From contig CAWFGE010000012.1 of NCBI GenBank assembly GCA_963815195.1, positions 1,067,390 through 1,131,389 of the forward strand: DNA of 64,000 bases. Direction: 5' to 3'. The DNA comes from an uncultured Planctomycetaceae bacterium (GTDB lineage Bacteria; Planctomycetota; Planctomycetia; Planctomycetales; Planctomycetaceae). Position numbers and translations under genes: made by a program. Under the pieces are notes generated by a model. The model did no database searches and was not told the origin of the DNA. It saw only the letters and a list, made by a program, of their open reading frames with translations. Below, piece by piece: positions 21,882-33,272 of the stretch (position 1 is the stretch's first letter; every line of letters begins with the position of its first letter).

Positions 21882-22717
21882 CGCGAGCCCGCGGACCCGG
21901 CGGACTGGCTGCGTTCGAGGAGCACCTGGTCGTTCTCCACGCCCACAGAATATTCCGCACCGTTCTCGGGCGTGAGTTCTTGGGACTTCGATTTTGCTTC
22001 CGAAGATTTTAAGCCCGGCTGCCAGCGGAGTTTCGACGGTTCGCAGATCGTGTGCGTGCGGGCGTAGTTCGGCGGCAACTCGTATTGCCGGTCGCCGAGG
22101 GCGTAATGGAACGTCACGTCGCTTTTGTTGGTGATCCGAAATTCGATCTTCGCGGACTTGGGGCGACCGAAGATTTGGACCGCGTAGAACACGCCGGTCT
22201 TGTGGCTTTGGGCGACGGCCACGCCGGTTTCCGTCACGGACCGCTTGAGCATATTTCGGCGGTGCGGGGGCGAGTTCTTCCAGCCGGTGACGAAACCCTC
22301 GGCGAGTTTGTCGGTTTTAAAACCTTTGGTTTTGAACTCGTAGGCGATGTTCTCCGCGATCACGCAGTAATCGTAGCCCTGCTCCTCGGCCCGTTTTGCG
22401 GGGCCTTTGCCCTCGGCATAATGGCCGTAGCGGTCGGTGCGGGCCATGTAGTTCGCGAACTGGGTCGCGGTCTTATTGAGCGTCTCGTCGATGTCGACTT
22501 TCTGGCGGCCTTCGTCCTGGCGGAACGCGTTTGTTTTTTTGAAGATCTCTTGCTCGACCTCGCGGAGATGAGGCGACTTCACGGGCTCGAACGGGCCAAC
22601 TTCCGAAGCTGTCAGATGCTCGACATGATGATGCTCGGCCTGCTGGGCCCGTGCCGACGAGGGAAGGCATACGGTAAACGCCAGCAGACAACCGGCCCAA
22701 GAGATTCCCCGATGCAT
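21878..22717 (-). CDS. Secreted CAP/SCP-domain protein
   Basis: Signal peptide; TNAFR, AENIA, WKNSPPHRRNML, TGVAVA. Confidence 0.88.
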   Translation of the reverse strand: MHRGISWAGCLLAFTVCLPSSARAQQAEHHHVEHLTASEVGPFEPVKSPHLREVEQEIFKKTNAFRQDEGRQKVDIDETLNKTATQFANYMARTDRYGHYAEGKGPAKRAEEQGYDYCVIAENIAYEFKTKGFKTDKLAEGFVTGWKNSPPHRRNMLKRSVTETGVAVAQSHKTGVFYAVQIFGRPKSAKIEFRITNKSDVTFHYALGDRQYELPPNYARTHTICEPSKLRWQPGLKSSEAKSKSQELTPENGAEYSVGVENDQVLLERSQSAGSAGSR

Positions 22718-22994
22718 GACTCTGTTTCCTTTGTATAAAAAATGCTGGAGGGACGGACCGGCAACCCACGTCCGGTTCGCTCTGCAAAAACCGGGGCTAG
22801 CGCCCTGCGGCTAATTTGTTCAAGCCCATGTTGTTGAAGAACCGGCGGCTAGCGCTGTGCCGCTCACGTTGTTGTCCGCGGAGGGAAATCAGCAATCCAC
22901 ATGCCGGGCTCTCGGGTGATTTTGAACGGCGGGTATTTCCAAGAGGTCCTGCATCGTTGGCGGGCACCTTGATCGCTCAAGCGTCATCGATTGG

Positions 22995-23585
22995 CTAGGG
23001 AGATTCGGAACGGTTGGCTCCCGGGATCCAGAGCACGTCGGCGGTGCCGTTGGCGTTCGCGGCCCGGGCCATCACGAACAGCAAATCCGAAAGCCGATTG
23101 AGATACGCGGCGACTTGGGGATTGACGGGGTCGCGGTCCATCAGTTGCCAAACCGCGATTTCCACGCGCCGGCAAACGGCACGGGCCAGGTGCAGGCGGG
23201 CCGCCGCTTCGGTGCCGCCCGGCAGAATAAAACTGGTCAACGGAGAAAGCGATCGGTTGAGCTCATCGATCCACTGCTCCAACCGTTCGACCTGGCCGGC
23301 CTGAATTCGAAGCGGTGGCGCAGCGGCGGGTGGGTCTCGTTCGCCGGTTTCGGGAACGCACAGGTCGGCTCCCACGTCGAACAGGTCGTTTTGAATGCTC
23401 CGCAATTTCCGCGCGAGGGTGTCGGGAAGGTCGGCGGTCAGGCAGAGGCCCAACAGCGAATTGAGTTCGTCCACGGCTCCGTAGGCGATGATCCGCCGAT
23501 CCGTTTTGGGCACCCGCTCTCCGCTGCCCAAGGAGGTTTCGCCGGCATCGCCGGTTTTGGTGTAGATGCGGTTGAGATAGACCAT
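22995..23585 (-). CDS. pduO: ATP:cob(I)alamin adenosyltransferase (PduO type)
   Basis: IYTKTGDAGET, AYGAVDELNS, FILPGG, RAVCRRVE, YLNRLSDLLF. Confidence 0.95.
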   Translation of the reverse strand: MVYLNRIYTKTGDAGETSLGSGERVPKTDRRIIAYGAVDELNSLLGLCLTADLPDTLARKLRSIQNDLFDVGADLCVPETGERDPPAAAPPLRIQAGQVERLEQWIDELNRSLSPLTSFILPGGTEAAARLHLARAVCRRVEIAVWQLMDRDPVNPQVAAYLNRLSDLLFVMARAANANGTADVLWIPGANRSESP

Positions 23586-23828
23586 GTTCCGATTCGCCCG
23601 AGGGAAAAACGCAGATTGGAGCGGGTCAGGGTTTTTCCGAGAACATCAACAAAATTTGATGTTTGACTGTAACCCTCGCGAGAGTTTGTCACAATATGAT
23701 AAAACAAAGTGCCGCGAAGGCGAACGCCGCGACCGGTTTCGCCGGGCCCGAAGTTTGAGATTGCCGACCGATTTTTGAATCCGCCTGCCGACTTCCCCCA
23801 CCTGCGACGCCCACCCACGGAAGCATCC

Positions 23829-24388
23829 ATGTTGGACAAGGATCTCATCGAACGAGCAGTCAAAGGCGACCGCGAGGCCTTTGAAGCCATCGTTGAGGCT
23901 CACCAGTCCGCCATCTTCGGGTACCTTCGCGCACGGCTGTTTCAGCCGAACGACGCGGAGGACATGACGCAGGAAGTCTTCTTGCGGTTTTATCTGACCC
24001 GCGCGGTTCGACAGCGCGAATCTGGTTCGGCCCTGGTTGTTGGGGATCGCGCGGAATCTGTTGAAGGAACACGCCCGCAAACTCCGCCGGCGGAAGGAGG
24101 TGGCCTGGACCGAACTTTGTTTGGAACTGGACGATGCCCTCCGCCCCGGCGCGGCGGACGGGGACGACAGCATGTACGATGATGTGCTGACGCACTTACC
24201 CCACTGCATGGAATCGCTGGGGCCGAGCGCGGAACGCGATCGATCTGCGTTACCGGGCCAACCTCCGGCTCTCGGCCATTGGAAAGAAGTTGCACCGTAG
24301 CGAAGGCGCGGTGAAATTGTTGATGTTCCGCGCCCGCCAAGCGCTCAAACACTGCCTGGACACGAAGCTTCGCCAAACTCAACCGTGA
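23829..24388 (+). CDS. ECF sigma factor (frameshifts near 24005 and 24235)
   Basis: GDREAFEAIV, DAEDMTQEVFL, WLLGIARN, and region 4 (SEGAVKLLMFRARQALKHCL) across three frames. Confidence 0.85.
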
Positions 24389-24549
24389 TGCAGACGTTAT
24401 GGTTTATTTGCATTTTCGATGCGATCGACGTGAGGATGGAGGATAGAAGATCGAGGATAGATTTTTTCCTCTATCCTCCACCCGCACTGTGATCCATAAA
24501 CGACGTCTTTTGTAGACAGACATTCGGAAGAAAAAGCTCGGAAGACACG

Positions 24550-27500
24550 ATGGACTCTCGCCTGACTAATGCCGAATTGATTCAACTCGTGCAGGAAAAA
24601 CTGCCCGAGGAATTATCGCATGGCGAGATCCGTCAACTTCATGCGCGGTTGAAGGAATCGAGCGAGCTCAAGTCGGTGCTGATCGGGCAGTTGCATTTGG
24701 AGACGTATCTGAACACCGCTCTTTCGGAGATCGATGTCTCGGTGGAAGAAATCATCCGCCGGGCGAGCACGATGGAGCAGACCAAAAATCCGTCGCGCTG
24801 GCCGCTGTGGACCGGTTTGGCCGGCGTGCTGCTCTTGGCGGGCCGGGGATCTTTTTCGCGACCCGGCCGTCACCGAGCCAGAGCCGTTGGCAGGAGACTC
24901 CGGTCAACGGAAAAGCCGGCCGTCAATAAACCGGGCGATCCGAACGGGGACGAATCCGAAAACAAGAAGAATGCGGGAAACGTCAAACCGAACCCGGAAA
25001 ATGCGAAACCGGTTTCACCGAAGAACGCAAATCCCCCGGATCAACCCCAAAACGTGGCGGAAACGGGTTCCAAAGAACCGGGGCGGGGCAAGCCGGGCGA
25101 TCCTTGGTTCGAGTCGCTCGACCCCCAAAAACCGCCGCGGCCATGGACCGAGACGGCGTTCGAAATGCCCGCCTTCGAGCGCGGGGAGATGCTCGAGAAA
25201 GACGACGCGAACCGCTGGCTGGCCGCGGCTGCGGGGCAGTCGTTTCGCATCGACAACCGCGAAGCCAACGAGAATCGCTGGGTGGAACTCGGCGGCGTCG
25301 GGAAACTCCGCGCCCCGTGGACCGACGACGCGGTGCTGCGGCTGTCGCTATTTGATATGGATCACTTTCGCTTGCATTTCTGGTGCGGCGACGTGGGCGT
25401 CAGCCTTTGGCATTACCAGATTCGCCATCCGCACGAATGGGCCGCGTATAAAGCCGAGCGCAAGAATAATCAGCCGCGCCCGGATCGGCTCGCGGCGCTG
25501 CCTCACCACCGACGACGGCCGGCAGGACCGGGTCCGCTCGGGCATCGTGGAGTTTCGTTATCAAAACGGGTCGCTCGTGATGTCTGAGGGCAGCGTCCGC
25601 CTGCTGACCGTGCCGATGCCCGGGCCGCCCAAAGAAGTCATCTTCGACGGCAAGTGCATGCTCAGCGAAATCACGATGTACCGGGGCGAACGGTTGCCTG
25701 CGTCTCCCAAAAATCCCCGCCCGCTCGTCTCGCCGTCCACCCGCCCCGGCGATCTCGCGTGGATGACCGGGATCCCCGGCCGGGATTTGCGCACCGGCGT
25801 CCACGAACTCGGTCAGGTCCGCGAATCGAGCGACTTTTGGGAGGAAACGCTCGCCGAGGGCGCGACGTTCTCCGTCAAAGACGGCCAGGTGCGGCTCGCC
25901 GCGGAAAAGACCGAAGGGCCGATCTACGCCGGCACGATCTTTAGGCGGGCGGGGCTCTATGAGATCATTCTCCGCGTGGAAGACGCGTCGCCCGGGACGG
26001 GGATTTACTTCGGCGACCGCGAGGGCCGGGAAGCTGCACCGCATCAGCTTTCATCGCGAAAAGCGCACCGGGCAGGTGGTGTTCGACGTTTCGCAGAACC
26101 AGAAAAATCAACTCGAACTCGACCAGGATCCGGACCGGCTTCCGGTGCCGTATTTGACCAACAATCACTGGCTGCGGGTGGTGTGGGGGTTTGGGAGTTT
26201 CAAAATCTGGACCAGCGGCGACGGCGTCCACTGGGGCACCGCGGACTCCCCCGCGCGAAATCTGCCCGGCCCGTGCTTCAGCCTGGGATTGATGGTCCAG
26301 AAAACCGAGGAACCCCGGCAGATCACTTTGAGCCATCTGGAAATCCGCGAACTCTCCGCCATCACCACGTTGGCTTCCGACAGAGCGCGGGACAAAGCCC
26401 CGGCTTTCGGCGACTTGGCGAACATGGATTTCGGGACCTGGAACGAGACCGTCCTCCGCAGTCGGCCGCTCGACGACGAGGCGAATCCTTCAATCGATAT
26501 GGCCGATTGGCGGCGGGCGTGCGCGATTCGCTCTTTGGCGGAGTCCCCGTGGACGCCGTTGTCCGCGACGCTGCTCAGGGGTTTGATCGAAGACGGTTTG
26601 AAGTCGGGCCGTCCCTTGAACGATCGGCTCAGGCTGCTCGATGAGGTGTCGCTGCTGTTCAACTTCGCGGGCGGAGCGGAAGCGGCCGCGATGGTGCGGA
26701 TGTACGAACGCCTGGGCACGATGGCCGCCGCCGAGGGCCTGCCCGATCCGTTCGGGTTCATCGTCACCGGCCTATTGACCGCGCCGATCTGGTGCGATGC
26801 GAACACGCAGGTGATCTCGCCCGACTTCACGCGGGACATACTCCTCGAGAGCGCCTATTCGCGGGATTGGAAGGAGTTGCGCTCCGTCGCGCACCGCACG
26901 GAGTTCTGGATGCGATCTTCCCAGCCGCAGCACGTTTGGTGGTGGGAGAAAGATCAACGGGAACTCTTGGTGTGGGCGAGGGCGCTCGCCCAGCATCGCG
27001 TGCCGGTGCAACAAGCGGACGAGGGGGAATGGGTCCGCCGGATTTCCCGCGGCCGGCAGTTTCAGCATCCGTTGGTCACGCAGGTCAGCAAGGAAGGCTA
27101 CAACGTGATGGCCGAGTTCGAGGCGGCTCTCGCGGGAGACGCCTTCGCAGACGCCTGCCGGATCATCACCTCGGCCGGGCGGTCGGGGATGGCGGGCCTC
27201 CTCCCGGACTCGAAGGATCCCGATCTTTTGGTCTCGTTGCCGCGGGCGATTGCGCTCGCGATGCGGGAGCACCCGGAGCTTCAGCAAACGATGCGCGAGC
27301 AGTTCGGCGACGTGGGGCAGATCCGCGTGCGGGAAGCGATGACCAAAGCCGACGTGGAAGCCGTCGAGGCGGCGACGGTCCGGTTCTTCGGCACCGAAGC
27401 CGCGGCCGAGGCCTTCGGCTGGCTGGGCGACCGCGCGCTCGCGAGCGGAAAATTCGCCCAGGCGGCCCAAGCCTATCAAGAGGCTTTGCCGCTCGCGGGG

Positions 27501-29429
27501 GGAACGCTCGCTCGCGATTTGCGAAATCGCCTGCGGTTGGCGGCGGGGATGCTCGGGCACGAAGTCCCGGCGGAAGAGGAAACCGGCCCCGTGCAAATCG
27601 CGTCCACTTCCTGGAACAGCGCGCAATTTGACAGCCTGATCGACCAACTGCGAAAAAGCCACGCCCGCACCGAATCCTCCGGACTGGCCGACTGGAATCC
27701 CGCCCTCGTCCGCAAAGCCCCGCCTTTGCCGCCGGCCCGGTATCAAGCCGTCACCCGCGGCAACTTCACGGGCGACTTGGGCCAAGGCGTGGGCCGCTAC
27801 GAGGACCGGAACACCGATTGGGCGGCCCGGCAACTCGCCGTCGCGATCGAAGACGATGTTGTGTACGTCTCCAACCGCTTCCAGGTCTCCTGCTATCAAC
27901 TCACCGACGGAAAGACCAAATGGTCGAAAGGCCTGGGCGGCGAGCAAGGCAATGTGCACGAGTGGCCGTTCATCCCCATGCCGCCGCTCCTCGTCGGCGA
28001 CCGGATTTTCGTCCGCCGGCTCACCAAGCGCGGCCCGGAGTTGGCTTCGCTCGCCAAAGCCAGCGGCGAAGTCCTCTGGCATGTCCGCCCGGAGCACCAT
28101 GTCGCCTCCGACCCGGTGTTTGTGCAGAACAATCTCCTGGCATTGGTGGCGACCGTGCCTCAAAGCGGCATGCTGCAACTGGAACTCGCCTCCTTTCACC
28201 CGGACACGGGCGATGTGCTCTCCCAGCGGCCGCTGTTGACGCTGCGGGATGAATGGTCCGGGCGGCCGCCTTGCCAAATCCTGGCGACGAACGGAAAAAT
28301 CCTGCTGACCATCGGCGGCACCACGCTCTGCTGCGATCCCGGCGGACAACCGCAATGGCTCGAGCAGCATCCCTGGCTGCCCGCCGACGTCGACCGCGAC
28401 TCGAAAATGCACCACCATCAACCGCCCCTTGTCGCCGACGGGCGCGTGTACGTTTCCCAGCACGGCGTCCAGGAAGTCTCCTGCTTCGATCTCGACACCG
28501 GCCGCAAATTCTGGTCCCAACCGGTGCCGGATTTGGTCCGCGTGATCGGACTCGCGGGAGGCGTACTCGTCGCTCAAACCGAACTGGGCCTCGTCGGATT
28601 CGACAAAGCCACCGGCCAAAGCCGCTGGCGGCATCCGGTGGCCGATCTGCTCAATGGCATTCTCTGCGGCGGAGACCGGCTGGTGTATTCCTGCAAGCTA
28701 GACTACGGCGACGACGGCACCGTCTGCCTGGTCTGGCTCGATCCCGAAACCGGAACCGAGCAATCCCTCGCGGTGTTGAAAAATCTCGAAGGCGACGCCG
28801 TGCGGTTCGGCCCGTTGGTCATGCACGATTCGCATTTCTGGGGCTTCTTCGGCCGGGGCTTCAAGGAAGCCCAGCGCGAGCTGGTCGAGTTGGTTCCCGA
28901 TAAAGACCGCCCGCCGGCAGGTCCCTTACATCCCAGTCCCCTGGCGTTTTGGGTGGACGACGTTCTGCCTCGATCGTTCGCGAACGTGGCCGCGGCTCTT
29001 CCCGGATGGACGGTGACGACCACGCAAAACCTCCCCGGCAAGGACAAAGGTGTGACCTGGCTGCCGGACTTCCGGGGAGAACGGGACGTTGTGCAAACTC
29101 GCCTGGCCAATAAACGTCCGGTGCATTTCGTCCGCGAAATCAAACTTTCCGAAACAGGGCCTCAGAAGCTCAAACTCCGCGTAGGCCACGAACCCGGCCA
29201 TTCGTGGAAGCTCACAGCCCGACTCGGCCCGGAAGTCCTTGTCGATCAAGTCATCGACGACAAGACCGCTCCCGGCGGCTGGTGGCAAGGCGAAGCGGAC
29301 CTCACCCCGTGGGCCGGCAAAACCGTCTGGCTGTCCGTCACGCAATCCCCCCTGGATGACACAGACGACAAACACGCCGGTGCCGCGTTTTGGAAAACCC
29401 TCGAATTCACCCCGCCAACCACAAAATAG
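24550..29429 (+). CDS. Very large membrane-anchored protein: anti-sigma-like N-terminus, TPR-like region, PQQ-type beta-propellers (frameshifted)
   Basis: Helical N-terminus, TM (WPLWTGLAGVLLLA), Pro/Asn linker, propeller blades (DGKTKW, SGEVLW, TGRKFW, TGQSRW); three overlapping ORFs join into about 1600 aa. Confidence 0.72.
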
Positions 29430-29453
29430 GAATCGTCGTCAACTCGATTGGAA

Positions 29454-29596
29454 GAAGGGGAACCACGAATTACACGAATGTTTCAGGAGCCGGCTGCGTT
29501 CTTGTCTATTCGAACCGTCTGGCTTGAAGAACGGCGTTATTGAAACGGGACAGGCCACTTTCATGATTCTTATTCGTGTTATTCGTGGTTCCCTTC
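29454..29596. repeat. Paired inverted repeat (AACCACGAAT family), REPIN-like
   Basis: GGGAACCACGAATTACACGAAT ... ATTCGTGTTATTCGTGGTTCCC between convergent genes. Confidence 0.7.
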
Positions 29597-29612
29597 CATT
29601 TAATTCGTGGTT

Positions 29613-31334
29613 TCAGCCGCCGGCCCATTGTTGAAGTCGGTTGAACCAGTCGCGGGCGGCGGCGACTTGGCTTTTGACGTCGGGCGATGTGTCTTTCTGC
29701 CGGGCGAATGTCCGCATCGCCAACAGATGCCGGCACGGTCCCATGCGGAGGCCGGCTTTCTGATGATGGCCGCATACGCAGCGGCCTTTTTTGATTCGGC
29801 CGTCCGGGTCCATCCACAATTCCACCGGCTTGCCGCCGGCTTTGCCCGTCAAATGCTCGCTGCCCTCGGGCGTTTTTTCAGACGTGAGCATCTGCACGAG
29901 GCGATTGGCGACGAGCCGGCGGGACTCCGCGAGTTCGGGGTTCTCCGGCCCCAGGTCCGCTTCGCCCAAGGCATTGGGCATGATCCGCCGCCAGCGATAG
30001 AGACCCGCGGTCAGATCATAAATCACTTCGCCCGTATGGGCCAATTTGTTGAGAGCCGCCGCGCACTCGGCGGGTTCAATCCGGTGCTGATCGCGGATCG
30101 TTTCGAATGCCGCCGATCCCCGCCGTTCCAGGTCGCTCGCAATCCGCGAAAGCGCGGCCGCACTGAGTCCCGCGGGCGGAGCCAGAGCATCGAGCGCGGA
30201 ACCTCGCGTCCAATCGTTGGTTGTCCAACCGGACAGGCCCAGCGTCAATCGCATCTCGCCCATCCGGGCCACCCAAAACGTGGGCAGCCCCGTGCCCAAG
30301 AGATACACGTCGAAGCCTTCCGCCAAAGGCAGCACGCGGGCCAAGGTCAACAATCGCCGCCGGCCCCAGATGCGGATCGGCTCATCGTTGGGCCCGTGAT
30401 AAACCGTCCCCCGCGAAACGATTCGCTTTTCCCACGGTTCCAAGACGAGTTCCGGGGCCTGCCCGGACTTTAATTCAAACCGCACGGCCCGCGGGCTGGT
30501 CTTGGCTTTGTTCCGCTTGAGCCACGCGAGCAGCGAATACACGGCCTCGCGCGAAAGCGAAATTTTCCGCAGGGGCATCGCCATCGCCGATTGCAGTTGC
30601 AGAAACCCGCGGAGCCAGCCGCCGGGCAGATCGATTTTTTCCTCGCGGAGGTTTTCCCGGTCCTGGGTGGCGACTTCGAACCCCGCCGGATCGACCGCGA
30701 ACCGCGTTTCCCGGTAAGAGCGGAGCGATTGAAAATGATGGTAGAGGTTCCAGGAATAATCGACGTTGGTCGTCCCGGTTTGCATGGTGGCCGAGGAGCC
30801 GAAGGCGTCCTCGCGGTCCACCGTCAAACAGCCGTAGCTGGATTCATCCGCGGAGAAGCATTCGAAAAACACCACATCGTCGGCGACCGTGATGATCGGA
30901 TCGCAGGGCATGAGCTTCCGCCACAAGTTGGGGTCGCGCGAGAACAAATACCGCGAGTATTGGCTTCTGGTCTTCCAATAAAACTTGCGGGCCGACTGGT
31001 AGCGCTTTTCCAAATCCTCCGGGATCGGCCGGTCCTGGAGCGCCTCGACTTCCGCGCGGGCTTCCTCGATTAAATGCCTGCGAAGCCGCTGCATGCGTTC
31101 CCCTTCGTCGGCTTTCCATTTTTCGTAGGCCGACTTGTCGCGGGGCTTGAACCGGAGGTCGTTGATGACCACGTCGTGCAAAGCCGACATCGCTTCGCGG
31201 AACCGCAGCGGCTCTTGGAGCGCCCCGTCGAACGCCACGGGAGCCCGCGCCAGATTCGGAGCCAGCGACAACACCCGCGCCCCGCCGGCGGTCTTCAGAT
31301 CGCTCTGCCCAAGATAAGAAAATGTCACGTCCAT
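29613..31334 (-). CDS. SWIM zinc-finger protein
   Basis: C-terminal CVC-x(12)-CRH SWIM motif; intact 573-aa ORF. Confidence 0.85.
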   Translation of the reverse strand: MDVTFSYLGQSDLKTAGGARVLSLAPNLARAPVAFDGALQEPLRFREAMSALHDVVINDLRFKPRDKSAYEKWKADEGERMQRLRRHLIEEARAEVEALQDRPIPEDLEKRYQSARKFYWKTRSQYSRYLFSRDPNLWRKLMPCDPIITVADDVVFFECFSADESSYGCLTVDREDAFGSSATMQTGTTNVDYSWNLYHHFQSLRSYRETRFAVDPAGFEVATQDRENLREEKIDLPGGWLRGFLQLQSAMAMPLRKISLSREAVYSLLAWLKRNKAKTSPRAVRFELKSGQAPELVLEPWEKRIVSRGTVYHGPNDEPIRIWGRRRLLTLARVLPLAEGFDVYLLGTGLPTFWVARMGEMRLTLGLSGWTTNDWTRGSALDALAPPAGLSAAALSRIASDLERRGSAAFETIRDQHRIEPAECAAALNKLAHTGEVIYDLTAGLYRWRRIMPNALGEADLGPENPELAESRRLVANRLVQMLTSEKTPEGSEHLTGKAGGKPVELWMDPDGRIKKGRCVCGHHQKAGLRMGPCRHLLAMRTFARQKDTSPDVKSQVAAARDWFNRLQQWAGG

Positions 31335-31375
31335 GAAGTTCGTTTCGGTTTGCAGATTTTCTCAAGGAAGGTCTT

Positions 31376-33062
31376 TTACCAAACCGTTTCGCCGACCGGC
31401 AGCACGTCGACTTCCGGGAGGCGGGCCGCGATGACGGTTGCGAGTTCGGGATGCGATTCAGAGAGTTCCGTCACCGCGGACAACGCTTCCCGCATCTCTG
31501 GGCGCGGATGGAACGGAGGGCGACCGACAACACCGGCAGCAAGCTTTCCGCGCGGCCGGGCTCTTTTTCCAGGGTCCGCGTCATTTGGCGGATCGCTTTG
31601 AGCTTCTGCCGGCCGCCGCGATCGACGCCCGCAAGCACGCTGCACCAGACGGGCGTCAAGGCGTCGGCATCGGGACGGGGAAAACTCCGCGAAGCCCGGC
31701 GTTCCAAAATGTCGATCAGTTGCTGCCGAACGTCGTCGAACGGCGTTTCCAAAAGCCGGCACCAAAACACCGGATCGCCGAACGCCGCCGCGTTGGAGGA
31801 TTCGTTTTCATCAAGCAGCCACGCCCAAGCCGCGGTGCGAATCGGCGCGGCGAGCGAATCGAAAAACGGCAGCACCTGATCGCGGTCATAAACGTCGGTT
31901 CGTCCCAAAATCGCAAGCGCCATGTAGCGACCTCCGCTGCGATCGCGCTCGATTGGGCTTCGCTCAATTCCACCAACGCCGCGCGGTCGCCGGCGGTCTG
32001 GATGCTGCGTTTTTTTAGAAACGTCAGACCCATCCGGGCCACGGGCGTCGGTTCCGAAGTGGTCAGCCGCACGCAATCGGCCAGCGTCAACCGCTCTCCC
32101 GAGACCTTCTCGGCCATTACCCGGCAGATGGTTTCGAGAGCCGTCAGGTTCTCTGTTTCCAGGAGCATCATCCAAGTCGACAGCGGCCAGGTTTCCAAAC
32201 CCTGGGCCTGTTCCAAAAGCTCCGCGGCGAACTGCTGCACGTCCTCTTGCCGATGCGTCAACAGATCCAAAAGCTCGTCGGCCGGGAGTTTTTGAAGCCT
32301 TGATGCGTGATGCTCGCGGAGCATTTCGATCGCCCACGTCCGCATGGCTTTGGAGCGGGCTTCGAGGACCATCAAAAGCAGTACATCCGCGGAGTCCGGC
32401 TGTTTCCAAAGCTCCGGAAAACTCGGCGCGGGTTTGAGTTCGCCCAGCGAATGACCGGGGCGGATTCTGATGAGCGAGGAACCGAACTCGAGCGCGGGGT
32501 GTTCTCGAAAGCAGGCCTGCATCAGGCTCCAGCTATCGAGCAGATTTTCGCCCTGGGCCAGATCGGCATCGCGGTACAGAATCAAAAAGCGGGCGACGGC
32601 CAGGGGGTAGTCTTTGGGCCGCCGATAGCCCATCCAGCGAAAGTACCGCCAGGCCCGCCGGCGGAGGTAATACCGCGTGTGATAGGAAAACAGACGCAGG
32701 TCTCGTGGCGAACTGAGCACGGTCTCTTCGTAACCCGTGCTGGTTTTCCAGTCGTACTTCCAGCGGCGGCGGCGTTCCCGGCGGGCGAGCCGATCGCAGC
32801 CCGTGGCAAACGCCGCCATCAGCTCGTCGTTCTGCTCTGCTTCCGCCCATTTGAAGAGCCGCTTGATGACGGGGTTATGCCCCCACGCATCCCAAGGCAG
32901 ATCGAGATAGCGAAACATCTGCTCGTGCGCCCAAGCCCGGCCGTCGGCGATCCACCGCCCGGTGAACTCGGCCAACAGGGGCATGTCGCGCACCTTCCGC
33001 AGCGCCTCGACAAACCCGGCATCCTGGGCCGAAAATAACGTCTCAAAATGCGCTTTCGCCAT
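31376..33062 (-). CDS. Helical (ARM/HEAT-like) repeat protein, frameshifts near 31920 and 31495
   Basis: Leu/Ala/Trp-rich helical repeats (LLDLLTHRQEDVQQFAAELL, FDSLAAPIRTAAWAWL, LLETPFDDVR); co-oriented with the SWIM gene. Confidence 0.65.
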
Positions 33063-33272
33063 CGCTCATTCCGCTGACGCTCGGAAAACTGAACCGCAAA
33101 TAATGCTCGCATTTTCTTCAAACTGGCGAACTCCCGCAACGGCCTTATCCATTTTTTAGTTTTCGCGGTTAAAGGGTTCTTGCAAAGGAAAGTCAGAAGT
33201 GGCTCCCGTTCAGCCAGAACGATTGAGAGCAGGCCGGGGGATGTCATGACTTTGTTCCAAAACTGTCGCCGG

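Noticed and set aside
23586..23828. Cobalamin riboswitch upstream of pduO
   Set aside because: No B12-box or other conserved core recognisable.
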